DNA of 64,000 bases from an uncultured Actinomycetota bacterium (lineage in GTDB: Bacteria > Actinomycetota > Actinomycetes > Propionibacteriales > Nocardioidaceae), in NCBI GenBank assembly GCA_963700955.1, contig CAVOZH010000005.1, forward strand, positions 36,561 through 100,560, written 5' to 3'. Positions 47,942 through 56,818 of this stretch are shown here, one piece after another. A program made the translations under genes and the position numbers. A model generated the notes under the pieces. That model was given only the letters and a program-made list of their open reading frames with translations, was not told the DNA's origin and did not search any database. Every line of letters begins with the position of its first letter. Within the stretch, counting starts at the first letter, position 1.

Positions 47942-49144
47942 GTGAACCAGGTTCCCGACGTCTTCGCGCCGGCCACGCTCGGCCCCGTGCAGCTGCGCAA
48001 CCGCATCGTGAAGGCCGCCACGTTCGAGGGTGTGACACCCGACGCGCTGGTCACCGACGAGCTCGTCGAGTACCACCTCGAGGTCGCCCGCGGCGGCGCC
48101 GGGATGACCACGGTCGCCTACCTTGCGGTCTCGCCCGAGGGGCGAACCGACCGCCACCAGATCTACCTGCGTCCCGAGGCGGTTTCCGGCCTGCGCCGGC
48201 TCACCGATGCGATCCACGCCGAGGGTGCCGCGGTCTCGGGGCAGCTCGGCCATGCCGGTCCCGTGGCGAACGGCCGGTCCAACAGGGCGCAGGCGCTGTC
48301 GTCGTACCGGATGCCGAGCCCACTGAGCTTGCAGATGGTGCGCACCGCCACCGAGGCCGACATCACGAGGGTCACCCGCGACTACGTGGCGGGCGCCCGG
48401 CTCGCCGTGAGCGCCGGGTTCGACTGCCTCGAGATGCACCTGGGTCACAACTACCTGCTGAGCTCGTTCCTGAGCCCGAACCTGAACCGCCGCAAGGACC
48501 GCTGGGGCGGATCGCTGGAGAACCGTGCCCGCTTCGCACGGCAGGTGGTGCTCGCGGTGCGCGAGGCCGTCGGCGACCAGGTGGCCATCACGGCGAAGCT
48601 CAACATGGTCGACGGCGTGAGCTCGGGCTTCAAGATCGAGGAGAGTCTCGACGTCGCGGCGATGCTCGAGTCCGACCGTGCGCTCGACGCGATCCAGCTG
48701 ACCTCGGGCAGCTCGCTGACCAACCCGATGTTCCTCTTCCGTGGGGACGTACCCCTCAAGGAGTTCGCCGACGCGATGCCCCCGCTGCAGCGCTGGGGCA
48801 TCAAGGCGGTGGGCAGGAAGTTCTTCCGCCACTACCCCTTCGAGGAGGCGTACATGCTGCCCATGGCGCGCCGCTTCCGCGAGCGGCTCGACATGCCGCT
48901 CATCCTTCTCGGTGGCATCAACCGGCGCGAGACCCTCGACCTCGCGATGCGAGAGGGTTTCGAGTACGTCGCCATGGCCCGTGCCCTGCTCCGGGAGCCG
49001 GACCTCGTGAACCGGATGCGTGACGAGCAGGTGGCAGCGGGCAGCTGCGTCCACTGCAACCGCTGCATGCCGACGATCTACTCCCGGACCCACTGCCCGA
49101 TCGCCGAGGAAGAGGGCGCCGGGGCGCCGGTCCAGACCGTTTAA
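47942..49144 (+). CDS. NADH:flavin oxidoreductase (Old Yellow Enzyme family)
   Basis: LRNRIVKAATFEG, GGAGMTTV, GHAG, HLGHNYLLSSFLSP..N.R.D.WGGSLENR motifs. GTG start. Confidence 0.85.
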   Translation: MNQVPDVFAPATLGPVQLRNRIVKAATFEGVTPDALVTDELVEYHLEVARGGAGMTTVAYLAVSPEGRTDRHQIYLRPEAVSGLRRLTDAIHAEGAAVSGQLGHAGPVANGRSNRAQALSSYRMPSPLSLQMVRTATEADITRVTRDYVAGARLAVSAGFDCLEMHLGHNYLLSSFLSPNLNRRKDRWGGSLENRARFARQVVLAVREAVGDQVAITAKLNMVDGVSSGFKIEESLDVAAMLESDRALDAIQLTSGSSLTNPMFLFRGDVPLKEFADAMPPLQRWGIKAVGRKFFRHYPFEEAYMLPMARRFRERLDMPLILLGGINRRETLDLAMREGFEYVAMARALLREPDLVNRMRDEQVAAGSCVHCNRCMPTIYSRTHCPIAEEEGAGAPVQTV

Positions 49145-49253
49145 CGGACCATTGGGGCGCGGTCCAGACCGATATACATATTGCGACTGTTGCGTCTCGC
49201 AATGGGTAACACTGGGCCCTTAGTCACTCTGCCCCCAGTCCCCGGGAGAGCCC

Positions 49254-50201
49254 GTGTCAGTCACAAGTGAGCGCCGACGACTGCTCCAGCACGATGCGAT
49301 CTTCTACGAGGACGAGTCCAGCTTCGTCAGCGCTGCGGTCTCGTTCGTCCGTGAGGGAGTCGAGCGCGACGAAGTCGTCATGGTGAACACGGGCGCCAAC
49401 CCCGTGACCTCCCTGCTGCGTGCGGTCTTCGAGGGCGAGGAACAGGTCGTCTTCGCCGACGGGACGGTCTACAGCACTCCCGCCGGCGTCCTCGACCGCT
49501 ACCGCCGGACCATGGAGCGAGGTCTCGCTTCGGGCGCCAAGGGCTACCGCGCCATGGGGTTCATCGACTTCGACAACAGCCCGCTGCCGTGGCAGGAGTG
49601 GCTGCGTTACGAGGCCGCGGTGAACCGTGTCTTCGCGGACTTCCCGTTCCGGACCCTGTGTCCCTACGACACCTCGGTCCTGCCTCACGAGATCACCGAC
49701 GCGATCATGCGGGCCCACACCGGGCTGGTCGACCACGACGGCTGGCACGAGAACGACAACTACGTCGACCCGGAGAAGCTGGTCGTCTGCGACAGCCTGG
49801 TCACTCCGCCGCACCCGCTCCAGGGGACGGCGCCGCGGATGGTGCTCGAGCCCGAGGGTGACCTGATGGAGCTGCGGCTGGAGGTCTACGCCGCGACGAT
49901 GTTCACCGACCTCTCCTCCCGCAAGATCGACGACTTCGTCGCGGCGGTCGGCCAGGTCGTGGAGAACGCCCACCAGCACGGCAGCCCGCCGGTCCGGCTC
50001 CAGCTGTGGGCCGCAGACACCGCGGTCGTGTGCACGGTCACGGACCAGGGGCGCGGCATCGAGGACCCGCTGCTCGGGTACACCCGCCCGTCCGACCCGC
50101 TCGAGGGCCTCGGCCTCTGGGCGGTGCGCCAGCTCAGCGACGTACTCGACTACCACCGCGACCAGGACGGCTTCACGGTCCGCCTCGCGTCGTTCGTCTG
50201 A
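49254..50201 (+). CDS. MEDS domain fused to RsbW-like HATPase_c_2 (RsbA-family anti-sigma regulatory protein)
   Basis: N-terminal HDAIFYEDESSFVSAAVSFVREGVERDE (MEDS-like). C-terminal VENAHQHG...VTDQGRGI...GLGLWAVRQL (anti-sigma kinase-like). Confidence 0.7.
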   Translation: MSVTSERRRLLQHDAIFYEDESSFVSAAVSFVREGVERDEVVMVNTGANPVTSLLRAVFEGEEQVVFADGTVYSTPAGVLDRYRRTMERGLASGAKGYRAMGFIDFDNSPLPWQEWLRYEAAVNRVFADFPFRTLCPYDTSVLPHEITDAIMRAHTGLVDHDGWHENDNYVDPEKLVVCDSLVTPPHPLQGTAPRMVLEPEGDLMELRLEVYAATMFTDLSSRKIDDFVAAVGQVVENAHQHGSPPVRLQLWAADTAVVCTVTDQGRGIEDPLLGYTRPSDPLEGLGLWAVRQLSDVLDYHRDQDGFTVRLASFV

Positions 50202-50311
50202 CGCCCGCCAACCCGGCTGTAACGCGGGGTTATCGACGCTTCGCAAGCGGCATATCGCCTGCGAACCGTCCACACCGCTTGGTAGGGGCCGGGATGAGCC
50301 CTAGGCGACAA

Positions 50312-50332
50312 AACTAGAACCTGTTACATTTC
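50312..50332. promoter_or_regulatory. KstR-type (TetR-family) operator box 2
   Basis: AACTAGAACCTGTTACATTTC. The core TAGAACCTGTTACA fits TnnAACnnGTTnnA perfectly. 16 nt are identical to box 1. It is immediately upstream of the SDR gene. Confidence 0.45.
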
Positions 50333-50361
50333 TGGCCTTGGAACTCAGGGCTGGAGATGCT

Positions 50362-51162
50362 GTGATTCTTGATCGGTTCAAGGTCGACGGACGGGTAGCC
50401 GTCGTCACCGGAGCGGGGCGTGGCATCGGCGCCGCCACCGCAGTCGCGCTCGCGGAGGCCGGGGCGGACGTGGTCCTCTCTGCGCGCAGCCGCGGCCAGC
50501 TCGAGAAGGTCGCGGCGAAGGTCGAGGAGGCCGGGCGCCGCGCGGTCGTCGTACCCGCCGACCTGATGGACCTCGACGCCGTCGCCTCGCTCGCCGAAGC
50601 GGCGTACGACGGGCTGGGCCGGCTCGACATCGTGGTCAACAACGTCGGCGGGACCATCCCGAACGCCCTGCTCGACACCGACGCGGCCTACCTCGAGGAG
50701 GCCTTCCACTTCAACGTCAGCACCGCCCACACACTGGTGCGGGCGGCTGTCCCTCACATGCTGAAGAACGACGGCGGCTCCATCGTCAACATCAGCTCGG
50801 TGGTCGGCCGGGTGTCGGGTCGCGGGTACCTCGCCTACGGCACCGCGAAGGCCGCCCTCGCGCACTACACGCGGCTTGCCGCGAAGGACCTGTCGCCCCA
50901 CATCCGGGTCAACGCGATCGCCGTCGGGTCGGTGATGACGTCGGCGCTGGAGTTCGTCGCCTCCGACGAGAGGACGCGCAGCGAGATGGAGTCGCTGACC
51001 CCGCTGGGCCGGATCGGGGAGGCCGACGACATCGCCGCTGCGGTGCTCTACCTCTCCTCGCGCGCAGGTGGGTATCTCACCGGCAAGGTGCTCGAGGTGG
51101 ACGGCGGCCTCGAGCAGCCGAACCTGGACCTGCGCCTGCCCGACCTGGAGTGCGCGCAGTGA
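50362..51162 (+). CDS. SDR-family oxidoreductase (FabG-like)
   Basis: GTG 50362 with GGAG 7 nt upstream; track TTG 50338 is also possible. VAVVTGAGRGIG, NNVG, Y...K catalytic motif (YGTAKAA). Confidence 0.85.
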   Translation: MILDRFKVDGRVAVVTGAGRGIGAATAVALAEAGADVVLSARSRGQLEKVAAKVEEAGRRAVVVPADLMDLDAVASLAEAAYDGLGRLDIVVNNVGGTIPNALLDTDAAYLEEAFHFNVSTAHTLVRAAVPHMLKNDGGSIVNISSVVGRVSGRGYLAYGTAKAALAHYTRLAAKDLSPHIRVNAIAVGSVMTSALEFVASDERTRSEMESLTPLGRIGEADDIAAAVLYLSSRAGGYLTGKVLEVDGGLEQPNLDLRLPDLECAQ

Positions 51163-52235
51163 CCGTCCGCGTGGTCGTCTGGTCGACGGGAACCGTCGGG
51201 CGGCACGCGATCGCCGGCATCGACGCGCGGCCCGAGCTCGAGCTCGTGGGGCTGTGGGTGTCCAGCCCCCACAAGGTCGGCAAGGACGCCGGCGAGCTCG
51301 CCGGGCTCGGTCGAGAGCTCGGCGTCGCGGCGACGAACGACCCCGAGGTGCTGCTGGCGCTGAAGCCGGACTGCATCGTGCACACCGCGATGACCGACGA
51401 CCGGATGTTCGAGGCGATCGACGACCTGGTGATGTTCCTGGAGCACGGCGTCAACGTGGTCTCGAGCGGACCGGTCGTGCTGCAGTACCCGCAAGGAATC
51501 CTGCCTGACGACATGGTCTCGCGGATCCACGAGGCGGGTGTGAAGGGCGTGGCGTCGCTGCACGTCAACGGGATCGACCCGGGCTTCGCCAACGACGTGC
51601 TGCCTCTGGCCCTCACGAGCGTGTGCCAGCGGATCGACGAGGTGCGCTGCTACGAGATCGCGGACTACTCGACGTACTACCAGCCGGTCGTGATGCGGGA
51701 GATCTTCGGCTTCGGCAAGCCCATGGACGGGGTGGCGATGCTCTTCCAGCCAGGCATCCTCTCCATGGCGTGGGGCAGCGTCGTGCGACAGATCGCCGAC
51801 GCTCTCGACGTGACCCTCGACGAGCCGCTCGTGGAGAAGGTGGAGCGCGTGCCGGCGGACCGCGACATCGAGACCGCGTCGGTGAGCATCGCGAAGGGCA
51901 CGCTCGCCGCGGTCCGGTTCGAGGTCGTCGGGCAGGTCGACGGGGTTCCCCGCGTGGTTCTCGAGCACGTCACCCGGACCTCGCCGGAGCAGATGCCCGC
52001 GTGGCCCCAGCCGTCCGACGGCGAGGGCTGCTACCGCGTGAAGATCAGCGGGGAGCCGCACATGGTCGTCGACCTGGTGCACCACGCCGAGACCGGTGAC
52101 CACAACGACTCCGGGATGATCATGACCGCGATGCGGCTGGTGAACGCGGTCGAGGCGGTCGTCGCCGCGGCACCTGGTCTGGTCACGGCAGCGGACCTCC
52201 CGATGATCACCGGCCGCGGCCTCGTGCGAGGCTGA
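51159..52235 (+). CDS. DapB-N-like NAD(P)-binding oxidoreductase (amine dehydrogenase-like family)
   Basis: GTG 51159 overlaps the SDR stop (GTGA). VVVWSTGTVGRHAI...ELVGLWVSSPHKVGKDAG resembles the dihydrodipicolinate reductase N-terminal domain family. Confidence 0.7.
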   Translation: MTVRVVVWSTGTVGRHAIAGIDARPELELVGLWVSSPHKVGKDAGELAGLGRELGVAATNDPEVLLALKPDCIVHTAMTDDRMFEAIDDLVMFLEHGVNVVSSGPVVLQYPQGILPDDMVSRIHEAGVKGVASLHVNGIDPGFANDVLPLALTSVCQRIDEVRCYEIADYSTYYQPVVMREIFGFGKPMDGVAMLFQPGILSMAWGSVVRQIADALDVTLDEPLVEKVERVPADRDIETASVSIAKGTLAAVRFEVVGQVDGVPRVVLEHVTRTSPEQMPAWPQPSDGEGCYRVKISGEPHMVVDLVHHAETGDHNDSGMIMTAMRLVNAVEAVVAAAPGLVTAADLPMITGRGLVRG

Positions 52236-52240
52236 GCGGC

Positions 52241-53269
52241 GTGACGGACGCACCCCACTGGACCGAGCCGGGCGCCTACGAGGTCGCCCCTGGCATCCAC
52301 CGCATGCCGCTGCCCCTGCCGCTGGACGGCCTGCGCGCGGTCAACGTCTACGCCCTCGAGACCGAGCGCGGACTCGTTCTCGTCGACGGCGGCTGGGCGG
52401 TGGAGGACTCACGCAAGCAGCTCGAGTCGTCGCTCGCCACGATCGGCTACGAGGTCGGCGACATCACCCGCTTCCTCGTCACGCACGTGCACCGCGACCA
52501 CTACACGCAGGCGGCCGTCGTGAGCCGGGAGTTCGGCTCGCACGTCAGCCTCGGCGTCGGGGACAAGCCGACCCTTGACCTGATGCGCGACCGCGACGTC
52601 ACCGAGGACCCGACCGTGGTACAGCTGCGCCGCTCCGGTGCCGCAAAGCTCGGCGAGGCCTGGGCCAAGGCGATGCACGGCGACCGACCCGACCTGTCGA
52701 TGTGGGGCTACCCCGACGAGTGGCTGTCGGCCGACGTGACCCTCGACGTCGCCGGCCGGGAGCTCGAGGCGGTCTCCACCCCCGGACACACGCAGGGGCA
52801 CTACGTGTTCGCCGACCTCGCCGACGGGCTGCTGTTCGCCGGCGACCACGTGCTGCCGACGATCACGCCGTCGGTCGGCTTCGAGCCGGTCTACGCCGAG
52901 CAGCCCCTCGGGGACTTCCTCGCCTCGCTCGCGAAGGTTCGAGCGATGCCCGACCTGCGGCTGCTGCCCGCGCACGGGCCGGTCACCGAGAGCTCGCACA
53001 CGCGCATCGACGAGCTGTTGGCGCATCACGACGAGCGGCTCCAGCTCTGCCTGGACGCGGTCGGGTCGGGGCTGGAGACGGCGTACGACGTGGCGCTCGT
53101 CCTGCCCTGGACGCGGCACCACCGCACGATGCGGGAGCTCGACATCTTCAACGCGACCCTGGCCACCCTCGAGACCGCTGCGCACCTGAACCTGCTCGCA
53201 GCCCAGACCCGGATCGTGCGGTCCGAGGCCGACGGCGCCTTCCGCTACGAGGGATTGCCCGCAGGCTGA
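52241..53269 (+). CDS. MBL-fold metallo-hydrolase
   Basis: VNVYALETERGLVLVDGG, LVTHVHRDH, TPGHTQGH, GDHV motifs. Confidence 0.8.
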   Translation: MTDAPHWTEPGAYEVAPGIHRMPLPLPLDGLRAVNVYALETERGLVLVDGGWAVEDSRKQLESSLATIGYEVGDITRFLVTHVHRDHYTQAAVVSREFGSHVSLGVGDKPTLDLMRDRDVTEDPTVVQLRRSGAAKLGEAWAKAMHGDRPDLSMWGYPDEWLSADVTLDVAGRELEAVSTPGHTQGHYVFADLADGLLFAGDHVLPTITPSVGFEPVYAEQPLGDFLASLAKVRAMPDLRLLPAHGPVTESSHTRIDELLAHHDERLQLCLDAVGSGLETAYDVALVLPWTRHHRTMRELDIFNATLATLETAAHLNLLAAQTRIVRSEADGAFRYEGLPAG

Positions 53270-53287
53270 GCCGGGTACCGGCTCCGG

Positions 53288-53827
53288 ATGAGCGAAACCC
53301 TGCGCGACCTGGCCCGCAAGCATGCCGAGCACACGCGCGACCACCTCTCCGAACAGGCCAGGGAGTACGACGACCGGGGCGAGGTGCCCCTGCCCGGGTA
53401 CGCCGGGAGCCTGACGGCCTTCGCGCTCGCCGTCTCCTCGGTGGTCGCCGTGGGACGGGCGACCGGGCGGGGCCTGCCCGAGCGCTACGACCTCGCGGAC
53501 ATCGCGCTGGGCGCGCTCGCCACTCACAAGTTCACGCGGCTGGTCTCCAAGGGGTCGGTCACCAGCCCGATCCGGGCTCCGTTCACCGAGTTCGAGGCGC
53601 CGGCCGGCTCGGCGGAGCTCAACGAGAAGGCCCGCGGCGGACGGGTCCGGCACACGATCGGCGAGCTGCTGACCTGCCCGTTCTGCCTCGGCCAGTGGGT
53701 CGGCACGGGCTACGTCGCGGGTCTCGGCCTGGCGCCGCGGCCGACCAGGGCGTGGGCCGCGGTCTTTGCCGTGACCGGCATCTCCGACGTGCTGCACCAG
53801 GTCTACGCCCGGTTGAGGGACGACTGA
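53288..53827 (+). CDS. DUF1360-like membrane protein
   Basis: ATHKFTRLVSKGSVTSPIR...LLTCPFCLGQWVG resembles the DUF1360 core. Confidence 0.6.
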   Translation: MSETLRDLARKHAEHTRDHLSEQAREYDDRGEVPLPGYAGSLTAFALAVSSVVAVGRATGRGLPERYDLADIALGALATHKFTRLVSKGSVTSPIRAPFTEFEAPAGSAELNEKARGGRVRHTIGELLTCPFCLGQWVGTGYVAGLGLAPRPTRAWAAVFAVTGISDVLHQVYARLRDD

Positions 53828-53857
53828 CGGGAGACCCGGGCCTCGGACGGACCCGCC

Positions 53858-54295
53858 TCAGGAGGAGCGGAGCATCGGCACGTGCGGGATGCCGTCGTCG
53901 AGGAACTCCTCGCCACAGGGATCGAAGCCCTGCTTGCGGTACCAGTCCACGAGGTAGGACTGGGCGTCGAGACGGCACGGACGCCCGTCGACGATGTCGA
54001 GCGCTGCACCCATCAGCTGACCCGCAAGGCCCCGGCCGCGATGCGTCTCGGCAACCACGACCCGGCCGATCCGCAGCGTGCCCGGGTCCTCGAGCAGCCG
54101 CAGGTAGGCGACCGGACGGCCCGCGTCCTCGACCCACAGGTGGCGTGTCCCGGGCTCCAGGTCCCGGCCGTCGAGGTCGAGGTAGGGACACTCCTGCTCC
54201 ACCACGAAGACCCTTCCGCGCAGCTGCCAGAGCAGGTAGGCGGTGCGGGGATCCAGGTCGTCGAAAGCCGACGCAAGAACTCGGGTCACCGACAC
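53858..54295 (-). CDS. GNAT-family N-acetyltransferase (ElaA-like)
   Basis: GTG 54295 (VSVTRVLASAFDDL...). LLWQLRGRVFVVEQECPY, acetyl-CoA motif HRGRGLAGQLM. Confidence 0.8.
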   Translation of the reverse strand: MSVTRVLASAFDDLDPRTAYLLWQLRGRVFVVEQECPYLDLDGRDLEPGTRHLWVEDAGRPVAYLRLLEDPGTLRIGRVVVAETHRGRGLAGQLMGAALDIVDGRPCRLDAQSYLVDWYRKQGFDPCGEEFLDDGIPHVPMLRSS

Positions 54296-54371
54296 ATTGT
54301 GCGTGCTGGGGAACCATCGAGCCGACTGGGTCGTTCGGCACTCGGACGAAGGGTGGGCACCAGTGCTTTCC

Positions 54372-54980
54372 ATGACGGCGGAGTTCGACCGGCAGATGGG
54401 CAACCTGCGTCACCACGGGTACCCGGCGTTGGCCGGGATGACCGAGGACGAGCTCGACGCCCTGGTCAGGCCGCTCCGCGAGCGCTTGCCCGACGTCGGG
54501 ACGGGGAACGGCCGGATCCCGTTCGTCGTCGTGGTGACGAGCTCGCTCGTGCCGACCGTCGACGCCGTCCGGCGCTGGTCGGTGGGCGGCCGGGCGGGGT
54601 TCACCGACATGGGGGCCGAGCTTCCCGACTACCGCCCGGTCGAAGGGCTCGAGCTCCCGGCCGACCCGGTGTACCTGCTGCTCGACGTGGACACCGGCGG
54701 CGACACCCTCAACGTCCGCCCGAACGACGCGTTGCCGAGGATCCGCGACGCGGGACGCTCTCCCTTCACGATCGACGAGGGTGTCGCCCTCGTGACGCAC
54801 TTCCCCGAGGTGTTCGCGGATCGCAACGCCTTCCAGGCCCTCGGCTCGCGGGCCCGGAACAAGCGGGTCCCGAGCTTCTGGATCAGCAGGGGCGCGCCAC
54901 GCCTGGGCTGGTGCTGGGCGGGCAACCCGCACACCTGGCTGGGCGCAGCCTCGGCAGGCTGTCGTCAGGGTAGGGGGTAG
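54372..54980 (+). CDS. Conserved hypothetical protein
   Basis: Start moved to ATG 54372. Good coding look. No family recognised with confidence. Its 3' end overlaps the convergent PIG-L gene by 16 nt. Confidence 0.55.
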   Translation: MTAEFDRQMGNLRHHGYPALAGMTEDELDALVRPLRERLPDVGTGNGRIPFVVVVTSSLVPTVDAVRRWSVGGRAGFTDMGAELPDYRPVEGLELPADPVYLLLDVDTGGDTLNVRPNDALPRIRDAGRSPFTIDEGVALVTHFPEVFADRNAFQALGSRARNKRVPSFWISRGAPRLGWCWAGNPHTWLGAASAGCRQGRG

Positions 54981-55696
54981 ACGGCGAACTTCTCTCCGAG
55001 CCGGTCGGCCCCGAGGGAGTACTCCACCCCGGTGGCGGTGAGCTTGTCGCGCATCAACCGCTGGATGCGCTCAGGGTCCGGGTGCTGGCTCTCGTGACAC
55101 ATCAACGCCGCGATCTTCGCCGTGAACTCGTCGGTCACGTCGACCGCGTGGTTCGACGTCGGGTGCTCCATCACCCACACCTCGCGCGGCGACCAGGCGG
55201 CGAGACCCTCGTCGCGAGCGAGCTCCTCGAAGGCGAACGGGTTGCCGGCCGCGGGGAACAACGCCTGGATCGAGGCCTCGCCCGCGGCCAGGTGGTCGGG
55301 GTGTGACGGGGCCAGCCGCTCCCAGTTGCGCTCGGGACTCTGGATGAGCACCCGTTGCGGGCGCACCTGCCGGACGACACGAGTCAGGTCACGCACGAGG
55401 TCGCGGTTCACGAAGAGCTCGCCGTCGACATACCCGAGGAAGACGAGGTCGTCGACGCCGACCTCACGTGCGGCGGCGGTCTGCTCGGCTCGCCGGAGGC
55501 GTGGCATCTCGGACCGATCGAGCCCCGGGTCGAAGCCACCGGCCTGGCCGTCGGTGATGACGCAGTAGGTCACCGCGATGCCCGCCCTGGTCCACGCCGC
55601 GACGGTCGCGCCGGCGCCGAAGTCGACGTCGTCAGGGTGCGCGGTGACGACCAGCGCGCGCTCGATCTCGGCGTCGGGAAGGACGTTCATGTGCAC
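54965..55696 (-). CDS. PIG-L/LmbE-family deacetylase
   Basis: LVVTAHPDDVDFGAG, ITDG, HPDH motifs. Confidence 0.85.
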   Translation of the reverse strand: MHMNVLPDAEIERALVVTAHPDDVDFGAGATVAAWTRAGIAVTYCVITDGQAGGFDPGLDRSEMPRLRRAEQTAAAREVGVDDLVFLGYVDGELFVNRDLVRDLTRVVRQVRPQRVLIQSPERNWERLAPSHPDHLAAGEASIQALFPAAGNPFAFEELARDEGLAAWSPREVWVMEHPTSNHAVDVTDEFTAKIAALMCHESQHPDPERIQRLMRDKLTATGVEYSLGADRLGEKFAVYPLP

Positions 55697-55699
55697 AAC

Positions 55700-56587
55700 C
55701 TAGGCGAGGAAGTCGGTCAGCTCCGCCAGCGCGCGACGGGCCTCGGGAACCGGAAGGAGCGGGTAGACGTGCAGCAGGCCGGGCTCCTCGACGTACCTCA
55801 GGTCCCAGCCCTGGTCGGCGGCCCGCTCGGCGAGGAGACGGCACTGCGGCTGGAGCAGGTCGCGGGTGCCGCACCACATCAACGCCTTCGGCAGCCGCGA
55901 CAGGTCGCCGTGGAGCGGACTGACCTCCGGTCTCGTCACGTCGTCATCACCGGCCCACCACTGTCCGCAGATCCGCAGCCGGGACAGCTTCAGCCAGGGG
56001 TCCCGGGCCGACGCCTCCAGCGTGCCAGGCGCGCGGTCGGTCAGGTCGACCCACGGCGAGATGAGTACGACGTGCGTCGGCTGCGGCCCGGGGCGCGAGG
56101 CGATCTGCTGTGCCAGTGCGAGCGCGTAGCCACCTCCCGCCGAGTCGCCCGCGAGCACCACTCCGCCGGGGGACTCGATCGCCACGTGCTCGAACAGCCG
56201 GAGCATCGCGTCGTGGGAGTCACGCCAGCTGTGCTCCGGGGCGAGGGGGTAGACGGGGAAGACCACCCGCATGTCGAAGCGACGGGCCAGCCGTGCGACG
56301 TACCGCCAGTGCGCCGCGTCCGCGCCCGAGACGTAGCCACCGCCGTGCAGGTAGAACAGCGTCCGCGGCGGCGTGGTGCCCGCGACGCGCAGATCATGGA
56401 CCGGGAAGCCGAACCCGTCGACCGTCGTGACGTCCATGCCGCGCATCGGCCGTCGCGCGGGCGTGTTCGCCGAGGCCGCCTGCTGGGCGACCTTCTCGGC
56501 TCGGAACCGGTCGGGGTCGGTCACCTCGCTGCTGCGGCGCACGAGCGGGATCAGGCTCGCGAGGATCCTGTGCCGCAGGCTGGTCAA
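55700..56587 (-). CDS. Alpha/beta hydrolase (HSL-type esterase/lipase)
   Basis: Oxyanion HGGGY, nucleophile elbow GDSAGG, C-terminal ...HVY. Confidence 0.85.
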   Translation of the reverse strand: MTSLRHRILASLIPLVRRSSEVTDPDRFRAEKVAQQAASANTPARRPMRGMDVTTVDGFGFPVHDLRVAGTTPPRTLFYLHGGGYVSGADAAHWRYVARLARRFDMRVVFPVYPLAPEHSWRDSHDAMLRLFEHVAIESPGGVVLAGDSAGGGYALALAQQIASRPGPQPTHVVLISPWVDLTDRAPGTLEASARDPWLKLSRLRICGQWWAGDDDVTRPEVSPLHGDLSRLPKALMWCGTRDLLQPQCRLLAERAADQGWDLRYVEEPGLLHVYPLLPVPEARRALAELTDFLA

Positions 56588-56677
56588 GGTGCCTCCTCGG
56601 GCGTGGTCGGTGCTGTCCGGAGGCTACCCGGACCGCACGCGTCCGCTGCGGGCAGCCGGTGTAGCCTGACCGCAGAA

Positions 56678-56765
56678 CGACAGGGGAGCGCCGACCGGGC
56701 GCTGAGAGTGCGGAACGGCCGCAGACCCTCGAACCTGATCCGGCTCATACCGGCGAAGGAAGTCG
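56678..56765 (+). promoter_or_regulatory. TPP (THI-box) riboswitch controlling thiBPQ
   Basis: CGAC-AGGGGAGCGCCGACCGGGCGCUGAGAGUGCGGAACGGCCGCAGACCCUCGAACCUGAUCCGGCUCAUACCGGCGAAGGAA-GUCG. It is followed by hairpin GATCGCA-tgcg-TGCGATC (56772-56789). CUCCC (56792-56796) can sequester the SD GGGAG (56808-56812) before ATG 56819. Confidence 0.9.
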
Positions 56766-56818
56766 AGTCTCGATCGCATGCGTGCGATCCCCTCCCTGAA
56801 CCTTCGTGGGAGAAATGC

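Noticed and set aside
49187-49209. SigB/SigF-type promoter (GTT...GGGTAA) upstream of the MEDS-RsbW gene
   Set aside because: GGGTAA is a fair -10, but the only GTT-like -35 is 11-12 nt away, not the 14-17 nt expected. I kept only the inverted repeat as an observation.
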